This document shows, piece after piece, positions 10,879 to 19,215 of a stretch of DNA of 24,000 nucleotides (positions within the stretch are counted from its first letter, which is position 1; each line of letters starts with the position of its first letter). A program made the translations under genes and the position numbers. Origin of the DNA: Actinomycetota bacterium. Lineage in GTDB: Bacteria; Actinomycetota; Actinomycetes; S36-B12; UBA5976. The notes below the pieces were generated by a model. It did not search any database and was not told the origin of the DNA. It saw nothing but the letters and a program-made list of their open reading frames with translations. The stretch covers positions 4,082 to 28,081 of the forward strand of contig JBEGTB010000059.1 in NCBI GenBank assembly GCA_041179585.1, given 5' to 3'.

Positions 10879-13677
10879 TTAACGAATTGCCACTCGTTTA
10901 GAACTTCCGACTACTGACCATTTTCCATCTTCAGCTGTGACAGCTTCGATTAAACAATTTCCTGCAGGTGCGCTAGCACGTAACACTGCAAACGAATTTG
11001 TTTGCCCTGTTAAGACACAAGAACCAGTGACGGTCCAGTTAATCGGTTTCTTCGACTTTGTTACTGCCGCGATTCTAAATTCTTTGCCAATATTTACTCG
11101 AGTTGCACCGGACAACTTGATTGAATCAAATGCGTAACCAACTGGAATTGTCAAGAATTTTTCGGCGGCATTGAACTTTAGGTTACTTGCTGTTAGTGCA
11201 TACACTTGACAGTTTCCAATGTCAGTCCCGCGAATAGTTACTTGATTAATTGAGTTTTTCGAAATTGCGCAAGGCCCACTAATTGAAAATGTAACCCGTG
11301 AGCCTGATTTCGATCTTCCTGTTACCTTGAAGGTTGCGCCGATTTTTATTTGTTTAGCGCTAGGACTAAGTGATATTGAATTAGCGCGAAGACTTGGATT
11401 TATTGAGATGCTACTCGGTGGAACAAAACCTGTTGGCGGTGCGCCAGCTGATGTGCCGCCTGATGATGCGGCTGGCAATTGCTCTGTGACATTTTGAACC
11501 GATGGAGTTGGAACGGTTAACAAAAGTGAATTTGAGATTGCGCCATACTGGGAACCGTACTGAACATCGTCGATTGCCGTAATCCAATAGGTGAAAGATT
11601 TTCCATAATCGGCGCTAGCGAAAATGTCAGAAATACTTGTGGCTCCAGTTGAAGAAATCCAATTTTTTCCATCTGATCTATAAATCGCATATCGATCTGC
11701 TCCAATTGGCGCTTGGAAGTTAATGTCTACACCTGAAGAAGTTAGGTTACTCATTGTTAAATTAGATGGAGCAGATAATGCCGGCCCAAAAGGTAAATAC
11801 CAATATGTTGGGGAAGTTAACCCTGAAGCGTTGCAGTTAGCAGTGCTAGCAAATACTGAAAAAGTTTGGGGTAATCCGGGTCTAACTCCACTTATTTGTG
11901 CAGAGGTACTTGTGGTGGGAACCCAGGCCCCAGCACCTGCATCGTAATAGCAGTAGTAGCTGGCACCAATTAACGCATTCCAACTTGCGTTAACTTCTGT
12001 CTCGCTAACGACTGTTAAGTTAACTGCACTTGGTGCAGAAAATCCGGTGTAATTCCAAGTTAAGGAATTGGATTCAGCACTAAAGTTACCCAGGCTGTCG
12101 ATCAGTTTAAAATTTCCACTTATTGGGGTTGTCGACACCACATAAGAGCAGTCAAATCTGAGGTTGGAGCCACTTCGCGTGCAAGGTGCCTGATCCCCAT
12201 TGGCAAATATCAGAACACCATAATTTAGATTTGGCTCAGTTGCGACCCTCAGGTAAACCGAATTGTAGTTAGTTTCTGGATTAGAAATTGTGGGTGTTTG
12301 AATACTTACTTCAGCACCAGGTGTCGCAATTAGAGGAATTGTTTTCAAGTTAGCTGAATCGGAAATTTGAATTGCATACTGAGATGAATTAGTCAGCCCG
12401 GTTAATTGATATGTTGTATTTGAGGTTTCGAAAATTTGCTTTCCATCAACAAATATTTTGTATGGCCCACTTCCAAGTGAAGTTGCTGACCAATCAAGTG
12501 TTATTGCAGCATCTTGGCTCGTAGCAATTAATCCAGATTGAAAGATTCCTGCTTGAAGTTGTGTTGCCATTGCAACGGCATTCTGAGCATTTACAACTCC
12601 AGCACCGGTATAAAAGCGAGTTGGCCATCTGGCGGGAGATTTATTTTGACAATCCCAAAGACTATTTACATATGTGCAGCTCTCCCAGACCTCCGGGATG
12701 CTTACTGCTGGATCACTAGTAGTAGATTGCAAAATAGCCTGGACTTGTTCAGGTGTCGCGTTAGGTGCAGCTTGTTTTATTAAGGCAGCGATCCCTGCAA
12801 CTACAGGTGCTGCAGCAGATGTTCCCGCAAAATAAGCATTCGGTCCCCATGGGTAATTAGTTGCTACATCGGATCCAGGTGCGACTAAATCTACATAAGC
12901 TCCATAATTTGAATAGCTGTTGCGGGCTAAGTCTCGACCAATTGCGCCGACAGTTACTAAACCTGCAATTGATTGTGATCCTGGATAGCTATACGGCAAC
13001 GAAGATTGCGTGCAATTTCTTGCCAATGTCTGATTTCCTGAGGTGTATGTGGCAACGCAAGCGTTATTTCCAGCTGCAGCTACGACAACTATTCCTTGAG
13101 AAATTGCAGTCTTTATTAAATGTGCTGTGGCAGGTTCAATTGTTTGACCGCCACCAAGACTCATACTTATTACATTTGCACCATGATCGATGGCCCACTT
13201 AAGTCCATCAATTATCCATTCAGTTCGGCAATTTGTATTTAGGCATACACGAACATCGAGAATTGAAGCCCGTGGTGCAACTCCGCCGATACCAGCTTCA
13301 GGAACGGGATCTGCCGCAACAATGCTTGAAGTTGCAGTTCCATGATCGTGATAGCCAGACATGGAATGAGTTGCATCAAACCTGCCAACAACTTTTGAAG
13401 AAATTCCAGTTACGCGTTGATCAATGCCGTTATCCAGCAAAGCAATAGTAACTCCATTTCCATTCAAGCCAGCAGCGTTAGCTTCAGCAGAATTTATTAA
13501 TTGATATGCCCATCGACTACTGGTGGGGGACATTGGAACTGAAAGGGATGAATATTCAAGTGAATAGATTTCATCATCTGCCCAAACGGGATTTACCTGA
13601 AGTCCAACATTTATAAGAGAGGCTGATGTAATGAGAATTAGGTATTTAGTCAGGAAGGTTAAATTGCGCTTAAGCAC
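10879..13677 (-). CDS. Secreted subtilisin-like serine protease (peptidase S8) with a C-terminal array of FN3-like and Ig-like modules
   Basis: 932-aa ORF with a GTG start at 13677-13675 preceded by GGGGG. The signal-peptide-like N-terminus is MLKRNLTFLTKYLILITSASLINVGLQVNPVWA|DD. The catalytic residues are in D-H-S order: ALLDNGID, HDHGTATSS, oxyanion AAAGNN, and AGTSAAAPVVAG. Three Cys pairs in the catalytic domain suggest disulfides. Downstream are about four FN3-like segments and two Cys-pair modules. Confidence 0.9.
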   Translation of the reverse strand: MLKRNLTFLTKYLILITSASLINVGLQVNPVWADDEIYSLEYSSLSVPMSPTSSRWAYQLINSAEANAAGLNGNGVTIALLDNGIDQRVTGISSKVVGRFDATHSMSGYHDHGTATSSIVAADPVPEAGIGGVAPRASILDVRVCLNTNCRTEWIIDGLKWAIDHGANVISMSLGGGQTIEPATAHLIKTAISQGIVVVAAAGNNACVATYTSGNQTLARNCTQSSLPYSYPGSQSIAGLVTVGAIGRDLARNSYSNYGAYVDLVAPGSDVATNYPWGPNAYFAGTSAAAPVVAGIAALIKQAAPNATPEQVQAILQSTTSDPAVSIPEVWESCTYVNSLWDCQNKSPARWPTRFYTGAGVVNAQNAVAMATQLQAGIFQSGLIATSQDAAITLDWSATSLGSGPYKIFVDGKQIFETSNTTYQLTGLTNSSQYAIQISDSANLKTIPLIATPGAEVSIQTPTISNPETNYNSVYLRVATEPNLNYGVLIFANGDQAPCTRSGSNLRFDCSYVVSTTPISGNFKLIDSLGNFSAESNSLTWNYTGFSAPSAVNLTVVSETEVNASWNALIGASYYCYYDAGAGAWVPTTSTSAQISGVRPGLPQTFSVFASTANCNASGLTSPTYWYLPFGPALSAPSNLTMSNLTSSGVDINFQAPIGADRYAIYRSDGKNWISSTGATSISDIFASADYGKSFTYWITAIDDVQYGSQYGAISNSLLLTVPTPSVQNVTEQLPAASSGGTSAGAPPTGFVPPSSISINPSLRANSISLSPSAKQIKIGATFKVTGRSKSGSRVTFSISGPCAISKNSINQVTIRGTDIGNCQVYALTASNLKFNAAEKFLTIPVGYAFDSIKLSGATRVNIGKEFRIAAVTKSKKPINWTVTGSCVLTGQTNSFAVLRASAPAGNCLIEAVTAEDGKWSVVGSSKRVAIR
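10882..11382 (-). repeat. Tandem protein-level repeat (2 x about 82-85 aa) at the C-terminus of the S8 protease, each unit with a conserved G-x-C ... G-N-C cysteine pair
   Basis: Unit 1: ...KIGATFKVTGRSKSGSRVTFSISGPCAIS...TDIGNCQVYALTA... Unit 2: ...NIGKEFRIAAVTKSKKPINWTVTGSCVLT...APAGNCLIEAVTA... The alignment was done by eye, and the boundaries are approximate. Confidence 0.5.
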
Positions 13678-13760
13678 TAGGCTTTACCCCCATTCTTAAG
13701 TTCAAGTATGCATCGAAAGTGAGTTTTCGTCAGAATTAGATAAATGAATAGTTAACTTAG

Positions 13761-13766
13761 TAGGTT
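13761..13766 (+). promoter_or_regulatory. Candidate -10 hexamer TAGGTT located 6 nt upstream of the GTG start of the TSUP permease gene (possible leaderless transcript)
   Basis: It matches the TANNNT pattern. The -35 is weak (TTAGAT at 13736-13741). Alternatively, AGTAGG at 13759-13764 could act as a weak SD. Confidence 0.25.
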
Positions 13767-13772
13767 TATCTC

Positions 13773-14516
13773 GTGCCTGATTTAACATTTTTGCAATATG
13801 CATTCCTGGCAATTGTTGGACTTGTTGTTGGCATCATCAATGCAATGGCTGGAGGGGCATCGGTACTGATGTACTCAGCTTTGATGGCAGTTGGCGCAAA
13901 TCCGGTTGCAGCAGTTGTGACAAATGCTTGGGGTGTGACACCGGCAAATTTAGTTGCGCAATTTACCGCAAAAGAAAAACTTCGCGATATGTACCGAGAA
14001 AACTGGCAATTACTTTGGCTTTCAATTTTTGGAACAGTGATTGGTGCGATAGCTCTAATGAATATGCCAATTGCAACTTTGGAAAAAGGCGTACCAATCC
14101 TTTTATTACTTGCTGGGCTATCTGTATTAATTCCGGTCAAACGTGAAGTAGGGGGATTAACGCAAAGAAATGAACAGTTAGCAATCTTCGGCGCCGGACT
14201 TTATTGTGGCTATTTCGGACCCGGCCAAGGCGTGATGGTGGCAGCAACTTTAGCCCGTGATCCGCGCAGAACCCCACTTGATCTAAACGGGCTCAAGAAT
14301 TTCATCACTGGGTACACCTCTTTAATATCGAACTTTGTGTTCCTTGCTAGCGGAGAGGTTTATTGGGGCCTGATTGGATTAATCGCTATTTTTGCTGCAT
14401 TCGGTGGGCTTATTGGGGGGAAGTTGGCTGGGAAGCTGTCCCCATCTTTATATAGAGGCATCTTGCTAACAGTTGCCTTGGGCGCATCTGGCTACTTTTT
14501 CGTTAAATTCTGGTGA
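13773..14516 (+). CDS. TauE/SafE (TSUP, DUF81) family anion/sulfite exporter-type membrane permease
   Basis: 247-aa ORF that is hydrophobic throughout, with multiple predicted TM helices. Gly-rich motifs occur in both halves (VGLVVGIINAMAGGASV and GAGLYCGYFGPGQGV), as in the internally duplicated TSUP fold. GTG start at 13773. Confidence 0.75.
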   Translation: MPDLTFLQYAFLAIVGLVVGIINAMAGGASVLMYSALMAVGANPVAAVVTNAWGVTPANLVAQFTAKEKLRDMYRENWQLLWLSIFGTVIGAIALMNMPIATLEKGVPILLLLAGLSVLIPVKREVGGLTQRNEQLAIFGAGLYCGYFGPGQGVMVAATLARDPRRTPLDLNGLKNFITGYTSLISNFVFLASGEVYWGLIGLIAIFAAFGGLIGGKLAGKLSPSLYRGILLTVALGASGYFFVKFW

Positions 14517-14593
14517 TTTAGCCCAAGTTGCGCAATGCGCACCACTTACCTCTGGCGACACGCCGAAGTTCGGGGTAGGGGCTCAATCTCGTT

Positions 14594-14623
14594 TTGACCT
14601 TTTCTACCTGTTATGGGTAAATT
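14594..14623 (+). promoter_or_regulatory. Candidate str-operon promoter: TTGACC (14594-14599), 18 nt, TAAATT (14618-14623)
   Basis: This is the best -35/-10 pair I can find in the 335-bp spacer. It would give a 5' UTR of roughly 220 nt. Confidence 0.4.
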
Positions 14624-14629
14624 TATCCT

Positions 14630-14851
14630 TCGTGTCCAAGAAAACTTGGACTTCGCACCTATGCTTCGGGCTTCCCCGTCGGCGCAGATTATGCGAAAAA
14701 ACTTCTAGTTAAAAGTTTTTTCTATGCATGCGCACGATCCGGGCGACACACCCGACCTCGTGGGTCGAAGGTGTGCAGATGCACTTCACAAAAAACGAAC
14801 GAAAGTTCAAATGCATGCGCATGCAATTGAACTAAACATGAAGGAGTAAGA
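14630..14851 (+). promoter_or_regulatory. Putative structured 5' leader of rpsL
   Basis: The stem-loops and long-range complementarity are detailed in the findings: 14634-14651, 14695-14722, 14725-14734/14816-14825 and 14747-14775. SD AAGGAG lies at 14841-14846. Confidence 0.4.
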
Positions 14852-15226
14852 GTGCCAACAATCCAACAGTTGGTCCGTAAGGGTCGACAGGATAAGGTCA
14901 CCAAGAACACGACGCCTGCACTTAAAGGCAGTCCACAACGTCGCGGCGTTTGCACACGTGTTTACACAACTACACCTAAGAAGCCAAACTCTGCGCTTCG
15001 TAAAGTAGCTCGTGTTCGTCTGACATCAGGTACTGAAGTTACTGCTTACATTCCAGGTGAAGGTCACAACCTTCAAGAACACTCAATCGTTCTTGTTCGC
15101 GGTGGTCGTGTTAAAGATCTTCCTGGTGTTCGCTACAAAATTATTCGCGGTGCACTAGACACTCAAGGTGTTAAGAACCGTAAACAAGCTCGCAGCCGTT
15201 ACGGCGCTAAGAAAGAAAAGAGCTAG
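14852..15226 (+). CDS. rpsL: 30S ribosomal protein S12
   Basis: 124 aa, starting (V)[12 protein letters not shown] and containing [18 protein letters not shown] and [13 protein letters not shown]. Both lysines classically mutated in streptomycin resistance are present. GTG start follows AAGGAG. Confidence 0.99.
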   Translation: MPTIQQLVRKGRQDKVTKNTTPALKGSPQRRGVCTRVYTTTPKKPNSALRKVARVRLTSGTEVTAYIPGEGHNLQEHSIVLVRGGRVKDLPGVRYKIIRGALDTQGVKNRKQARSRYGAKKEKS

Positions 15227-15228
15227 TC

Positions 15229-15699
15229 ATGCCACGTAAAGGTCCAGCTCCAAAACGTCCACTAGTCGTTGATCCGGTTTACGCATCACCAGTTGTTACT
15301 CAACTTGTTAACAAAATTTTGTTACACGGTAAGAAGTCAACTGCTGAATCAATCGTTTACGGCGCACTAGAAGGTTGCCGCGATAAGACTGGTACTGATC
15401 CAGTACAAACACTTCGTCGCGCATTAGACAACGTACGTCCAACACTTGAAGTTCGTAGCCGTCGCGTTGGTGGCGCAACTTACCAAGTTCCAGTTGAAGT
15501 TAAGAACGCTCGTGCAAACACACTTGCACTTCGTTGGTTAGTTGGTTATTCACGTGCACGTCGCGAAAAGACAATGACTGAACGTTTAATGAATGAAATT
15601 CTTGATGCATCAAACGGCCTAGGTGCGGCTGTTAAGAAGCGTGAAGACACACACAAGATGGCTGAAGCTAACAAGGCTTTCGCTCACTACCGCTGGTAA
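15229..15699 (+). CDS. rpsG: 30S ribosomal protein S7
   Basis: 156 aa, [18 protein letters not shown]...AFAHYRW. It starts 2 nt after the rpsL stop. Confidence 0.99.
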   Translation: MPRKGPAPKRPLVVDPVYASPVVTQLVNKILLHGKKSTAESIVYGALEGCRDKTGTDPVQTLRRALDNVRPTLEVRSRRVGGATYQVPVEVKNARANTLALRWLVGYSRARREKTMTERLMNEILDASNGLGAAVKKREDTHKMAEANKAFAHYRW

Positions 15700-15743
15700 T
15701 CCAAAAAGAACTTAACGAGAAAAGAAGAGACGAGAAAACAAAA

Positions 15744-17861
15744 GTGGCTGCAGAGACATCACTTGACCTCGCCAAGGTCCGCAACATCGGGATCATGGCG
15801 CACATTGACGCGGGTAAAACCACGACTACTGAGCGCATCCTTTTCTACACCGGTATCAACTACAAGATCGGTGAAGTGCACGAAGGTGCAGCAACTATGG
15901 ACTGGATGGAACAAGAGCAGGAACGCGGTATCACCATTACCTCTGCTGCAACAACTTGTTCTTGGAAAGACCACACCATCAACATCATTGACACACCAGG
16001 TCACGTTGACTTCACAGTTGAAGTTGAACGTTCACTCCGTGTTCTAGATGGCGCTGTTGCAGTATTCGACGGTGTAGCTGGTGTTGAACCACAGTCTGAA
16101 ACTGTGTGGCGCCAAGCTAACAAGTACCAAGTTCCACGTATTTGTTTTGTTAACAAACTTGACCGCACTGGTGCGAACTTCTTCATGTGTGTTGACATGA
16201 TTAAGTCTCGCCTTGGCGCGAACCCAATGGTTCTTCAGCTTCCGATCGGTGCTGAAGGTGACTTCATCGGTCTAGTTGATTTAATTCGCATGAAGGCCAT
16301 GGTTTGGCGCGGCGAAACTGCAATTGGTGAAGACTACGTTCTTGAAGATATCCCAGCAGATCTAAAAGATCAGGCTGATGAATACCGTCACGCGATGCTA
16401 GAAACCATTGCTGAAAATGACGAAAAGTTCATGGAAAAATTCTTTGAAGATGAATCATCAATCACAGAAGATGACATTCACGAAGCAATCCGTCGCGTAA
16501 CTCTTTCTGGTGGCGCAGTTCCAATCGTTACTGGTACAGCTTTCAAGAACAAGGGTGTTCAGCCAATGCTTGACGCTGTTGTTCGTTACCTTCCATCTCC
16601 GCTAGATATCGAAGCAACTATTGGTTCAAAGCCAAATGATGAATCAGTTGAAATTGCTCGCAAACCTAGCGATTCAGAACCACTTGCCGCTCTTGCATTC
16701 AAGATCGCAACTGACCCACACCTAGGAAAGCTAACTTATGTTCGCGTTTACTCAGGTCGTCTAGAAGCTGGTTCACAGGTGCTTAACTCAGTTAAGGATC
16801 GCAAGGAACGTATCGGCAAGATCTACCGAATGCACGCTAACAAGCGTGAAGAAATTTCTTCAGTTGGCGCTGGCGACATCATCGCTGTGATGGGCCTTAA
16901 GGACACCACAACTGGTGAAACACTTTGTGATCCTGCAAACCCAATCGTGCTTGAATCAATGAGCTTCCCAGCACCAGTTATCGAAGTTGCAATCGAACCT
17001 AAGACAAAGGGCGACCAAGACAAACTTGGAACTGCTATCCAGCGTCTATCTGAAGAAGATCCAACTTTCCGCGTTCACACTGACGAGGAAACTGGTCAGA
17101 CCATCATCGCTGGTATGGGTGAACTTCACCTTGAAATTCTTGTTGATCGCATGAAGCGCGAATTCAAGGTTGAAGCAAACGTTGGTAAGCCACAGGTTGC
17201 TTACCGCGAAACCATCACCAAGACTGTTGATCGCATTGACTACACCCACAAGAAACAAACTGGTGGTTCAGGTCAGTTCGCTAAGGTTCAAATCGCTGTT
17301 GGTCCTAACAAGCCAGTTGAAGGTGTTGAAGGTTCAGGCGGCTACTTATTCGTGAACAAGATCACCGGTGGTCGCATTCCTCGTGAATACATTCCATCAG
17401 TTGATGCTGGCGCACAAGAAGCAATGGAAAACGGCGTCCTAGCTGGCTTCCCGATGGTTGACATTCAAGTAACACTGCTTGACGGTGCTTACCACGATGT
17501 TGACTCTTCTGAACTTGCATTCAAACTTGCTGGTATCCAGGCTTTCAAAGATGGTGTTCGCCAAGCAGGTCCAGTACTTCTTGAACCAATGATGTCAGTT
17601 GAAGTAACAACCCCTGAAGACTTCATGGGTGATGTTATTGGCGATCTAAATTCACGACGTGGACAGATCCAGGCTATGGATGAGCGTTATGGCTCACGCG
17701 TAGTTCGTGCTCTTGTTCCGTTGTCAGAAATGTTCGGCTATGTGGGCGATCTTCGTAGCCGTACTCAGGGTAGAGCGAGCTACAGCATGGAATTCGCTTC
17801 TTACGCCCAGGTCCCTGCGAACGTTCAGACAGAAATTGTCGCGAAGGTTCGGGGAGAGTAA
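15744..17861 (+). CDS. fusA: Elongation factor G
   Basis: 705 aa with the G-domain motifs [14 protein letters not shown] and NKLD. GTG start at 15744. Confidence 0.99.
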   Translation: MAAETSLDLAKVRNIGIMAHIDAGKTTTTERILFYTGINYKIGEVHEGAATMDWMEQEQERGITITSAATTCSWKDHTINIIDTPGHVDFTVEVERSLRVLDGAVAVFDGVAGVEPQSETVWRQANKYQVPRICFVNKLDRTGANFFMCVDMIKSRLGANPMVLQLPIGAEGDFIGLVDLIRMKAMVWRGETAIGEDYVLEDIPADLKDQADEYRHAMLETIAENDEKFMEKFFEDESSITEDDIHEAIRRVTLSGGAVPIVTGTAFKNKGVQPMLDAVVRYLPSPLDIEATIGSKPNDESVEIARKPSDSEPLAALAFKIATDPHLGKLTYVRVYSGRLEAGSQVLNSVKDRKERIGKIYRMHANKREEISSVGAGDIIAVMGLKDTTTGETLCDPANPIVLESMSFPAPVIEVAIEPKTKGDQDKLGTAIQRLSEEDPTFRVHTDEETGQTIIAGMGELHLEILVDRMKREFKVEANVGKPQVAYRETITKTVDRIDYTHKKQTGGSGQFAKVQIAVGPNKPVEGVEGSGGYLFVNKITGGRIPREYIPSVDAGAQEAMENGVLAGFPMVDIQVTLLDGAYHDVDSSELAFKLAGIQAFKDGVRQAGPVLLEPMMSVEVTTPEDFMGDVIGDLNSRRGQIQAMDERYGSRVVRALVPLSEMFGYVGDLRSRTQGRASYSMEFASYAQVPANVQTEIVAKVRGE

Positions 17862-17946
17862 AAGGCCCACAGGCCCCAAAACTAAATAACTGAATTAGGT
17901 GAAGGTCACTTAGTTCAACAGCACAAGGATCCAGGAGGACCCGAAA

Positions 17947-19140
17947 GTGGCAAAGGCGAAGTTCGAGCGGACTAAACCGCACGTAAACATCGGCACAATT
18001 GGTCACATTGACCATGGAAAGACCACGCTGACTGCTGCCATCACCAAGGTGCTGCACGACGCGTACCCGGATGTGAACCCGTTCACTCCATTCGACCAAA
18101 TTGATAAGGCTCCAGAAGAGCGTCAACGCGGTATCACTATCTCAATCGCGCACGTTGAGTACCAGACTGAAGGCCGTCACTACGCACACGTTGACTGTCC
18201 AGGTCACGCTGACTACATCAAGAACATGATTACTGGTGCAGCTCAGATGGACGGCGCAATTCTTGTAGTTGCTGCAACTGATGGTCCAATGCCGCAGACA
18301 AAGGAACACGTTCTACTTGCTCGTCAGGTTGGCGTTCCTGCGATTGTTGTTGCTCTTAACAAGTGCGACATGGTTGATGACGAAGAACTAATCGAATTAG
18401 TTGAAATGGAAGTTCGTGAACTTCTATCTTCATACGAATTCCCTGGCGATGATATCCCAGTAGTTCGCGTTGCTGCATTCCCAGCACTAAATGGCGATGC
18501 AAAGTGGGCAGGTTCAATCCTTGAACTTATGAAGGCTGTTGACGATTACATCCCAACACCAGCTCGCGAAATCGACAAGCCATTCCTTATGCCAGTTGAA
18601 GACGTTTTCACAATCACCGGTCGTGGAACTGTTGTTACTGGTCGTATCGAACGCGGCATCATCAAGGTCAACGAAGAAATCGAAATCGTTGGTATCCGTC
18701 CAGACGTACAGAAGACAACCGTTACTGGTGTTGAAATGTTCCGCAAGCTTCTTGACGAAGGTCAAGCTGGCGAAAACGTTGGTGTACTTCTACGTGGTAC
18801 TAAGCGTGAAGACGTTGAACGCGGTCAGGTTCTTTGCCACCCAGGCACTGTTACACCTCACACCGAATTCGATGCAAACGTTTACATCCTTTCTAAGGAT
18901 GAAGGCGGTCGTCACACACCATTCTTCGACAACTACCGTCCTCAGTTCTACTTCCGTACAACTGACGTAACCGGCGTAGTGAAGTTACCTTCAGGCACCG
19001 AAATGGTTATGCCTGGTGACAACACTGAAATGTCAGTAACCCTGATTCAGCCAGTTGCTATGGACGAAGGTCTGCGTTTCGCAATCCGTGAAGGTGGCCG
19101 CACTGTTGGCGCCGGTCGCGTAACCAAGATCAACAAGTAA
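17947..19140 (+). CDS. tuf: Elongation factor Tu
   Basis: 397 aa with [14 protein letters not shown] and NKCD. GTG start at 17947 is preceded by GGAGGA (17933-17938). Confidence 0.99.
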   Translation: MAKAKFERTKPHVNIGTIGHIDHGKTTLTAAITKVLHDAYPDVNPFTPFDQIDKAPEERQRGITISIAHVEYQTEGRHYAHVDCPGHADYIKNMITGAAQMDGAILVVAATDGPMPQTKEHVLLARQVGVPAIVVALNKCDMVDDEELIELVEMEVRELLSSYEFPGDDIPVVRVAAFPALNGDAKWAGSILELMKAVDDYIPTPAREIDKPFLMPVEDVFTITGRGTVVTGRIERGIIKVNEEIEIVGIRPDVQKTTVTGVEMFRKLLDEGQAGENVGVLLRGTKREDVERGQVLCHPGTVTPHTEFDANVYILSKDEGGRHTPFFDNYRPQFYFRTTDVTGVVKLPSGTEMVMPGDNTEMSVTLIQPVAMDEGLRFAIREGGRTVGAGRVTKINK

Positions 19141-19188
19141 TTAATTAAAAACTAATTACTTTAAAGATCGAAGTAAGAAGTTTGGGAA

Positions 19189-19215
19189 GTGGTGGCTCTT
19201 AAAAAGAGCCACCAC
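19189..19215 (+). terminator. Perfect 12-bp hairpin between tuf and rpsJ with no trailing T-tract (possible U-tract-less terminator or RNA processing/stability element)
   Basis: GTGGTGGCTCTT-AAA-AAGAGCCACCAC at 19189-19215. The downstream sequence is AACCTAGACACC. Confidence 0.45.

Noticed and set aside
10879-13677. Low GC of the S8 protease gene as evidence of recent horizontal transfer
   Set aside because: The S9 peptidase and SOUL genes sampled are equally low or lower in GC. The elevated GC belongs to the highly expressed ribosomal/RNAP genes instead. There are also no flanking repeats, integrase or tRNA.
14555-14690. G-rich/C-rich runs (GGGGTAGGGG, CTTCCCCG) that briefly suggested a 6C-type actinobacterial sRNA or a tRNA-like element
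   Set aside because: I could build neither the two C-rich-loop hairpins characteristic of 6C RNA nor a cloverleaf with a T-arm. The complementary segments are short (4-6 bp) and far apart.
14613-14708. 31-codon ORF (MGKFILRVQENLDFAPMLRASPSAQIMRKNF) in the rpsL spacer
   Set aside because: It has no SD, it overlaps the proposed -10 element, and I have no conservation evidence. I treat it as a chance ORF.
14838-14849. Mini-uORF ATG-AAG-GAG-TAA (MKE-stop) ending 2 nt before the rpsL GTG
   Set aside because: Its codons are simply the AAGGAG Shine-Dalgarno sequence read in frame. It has no independent SD, so it is most likely coincidental.
14473-14955. 79-aa (+, 14473-14712) and 77-aa (-, 14722-14955) ORFs in and around the rpsL upstream spacer
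   Set aside because: The first overlaps the 3' end of the TSUP gene out of frame, and the second is antisense to the rpsL start. Neither has a ribosome-binding site or a recognisable domain. The region is better explained as promoter plus leader.
17674-18126. 150-aa minus-strand ORF spanning the fusA 3' end, the spacer and the tuf 5' end
   Set aside because: It is entirely antisense to two of the most conserved genes known. It has no SD or promoter context, and its composition (Arg/Ser/Leu/Pro-rich) is typical of an antisense-frame artefact.
18514-18970. 143-aa + strand alternate-frame ORF and two minus-strand ORFs inside tuf
   Set aside because: They overlap EF-Tu completely. The low-complexity Ser/Thr/Leu/Val composition and the absence of an RBS point to frame artefacts.
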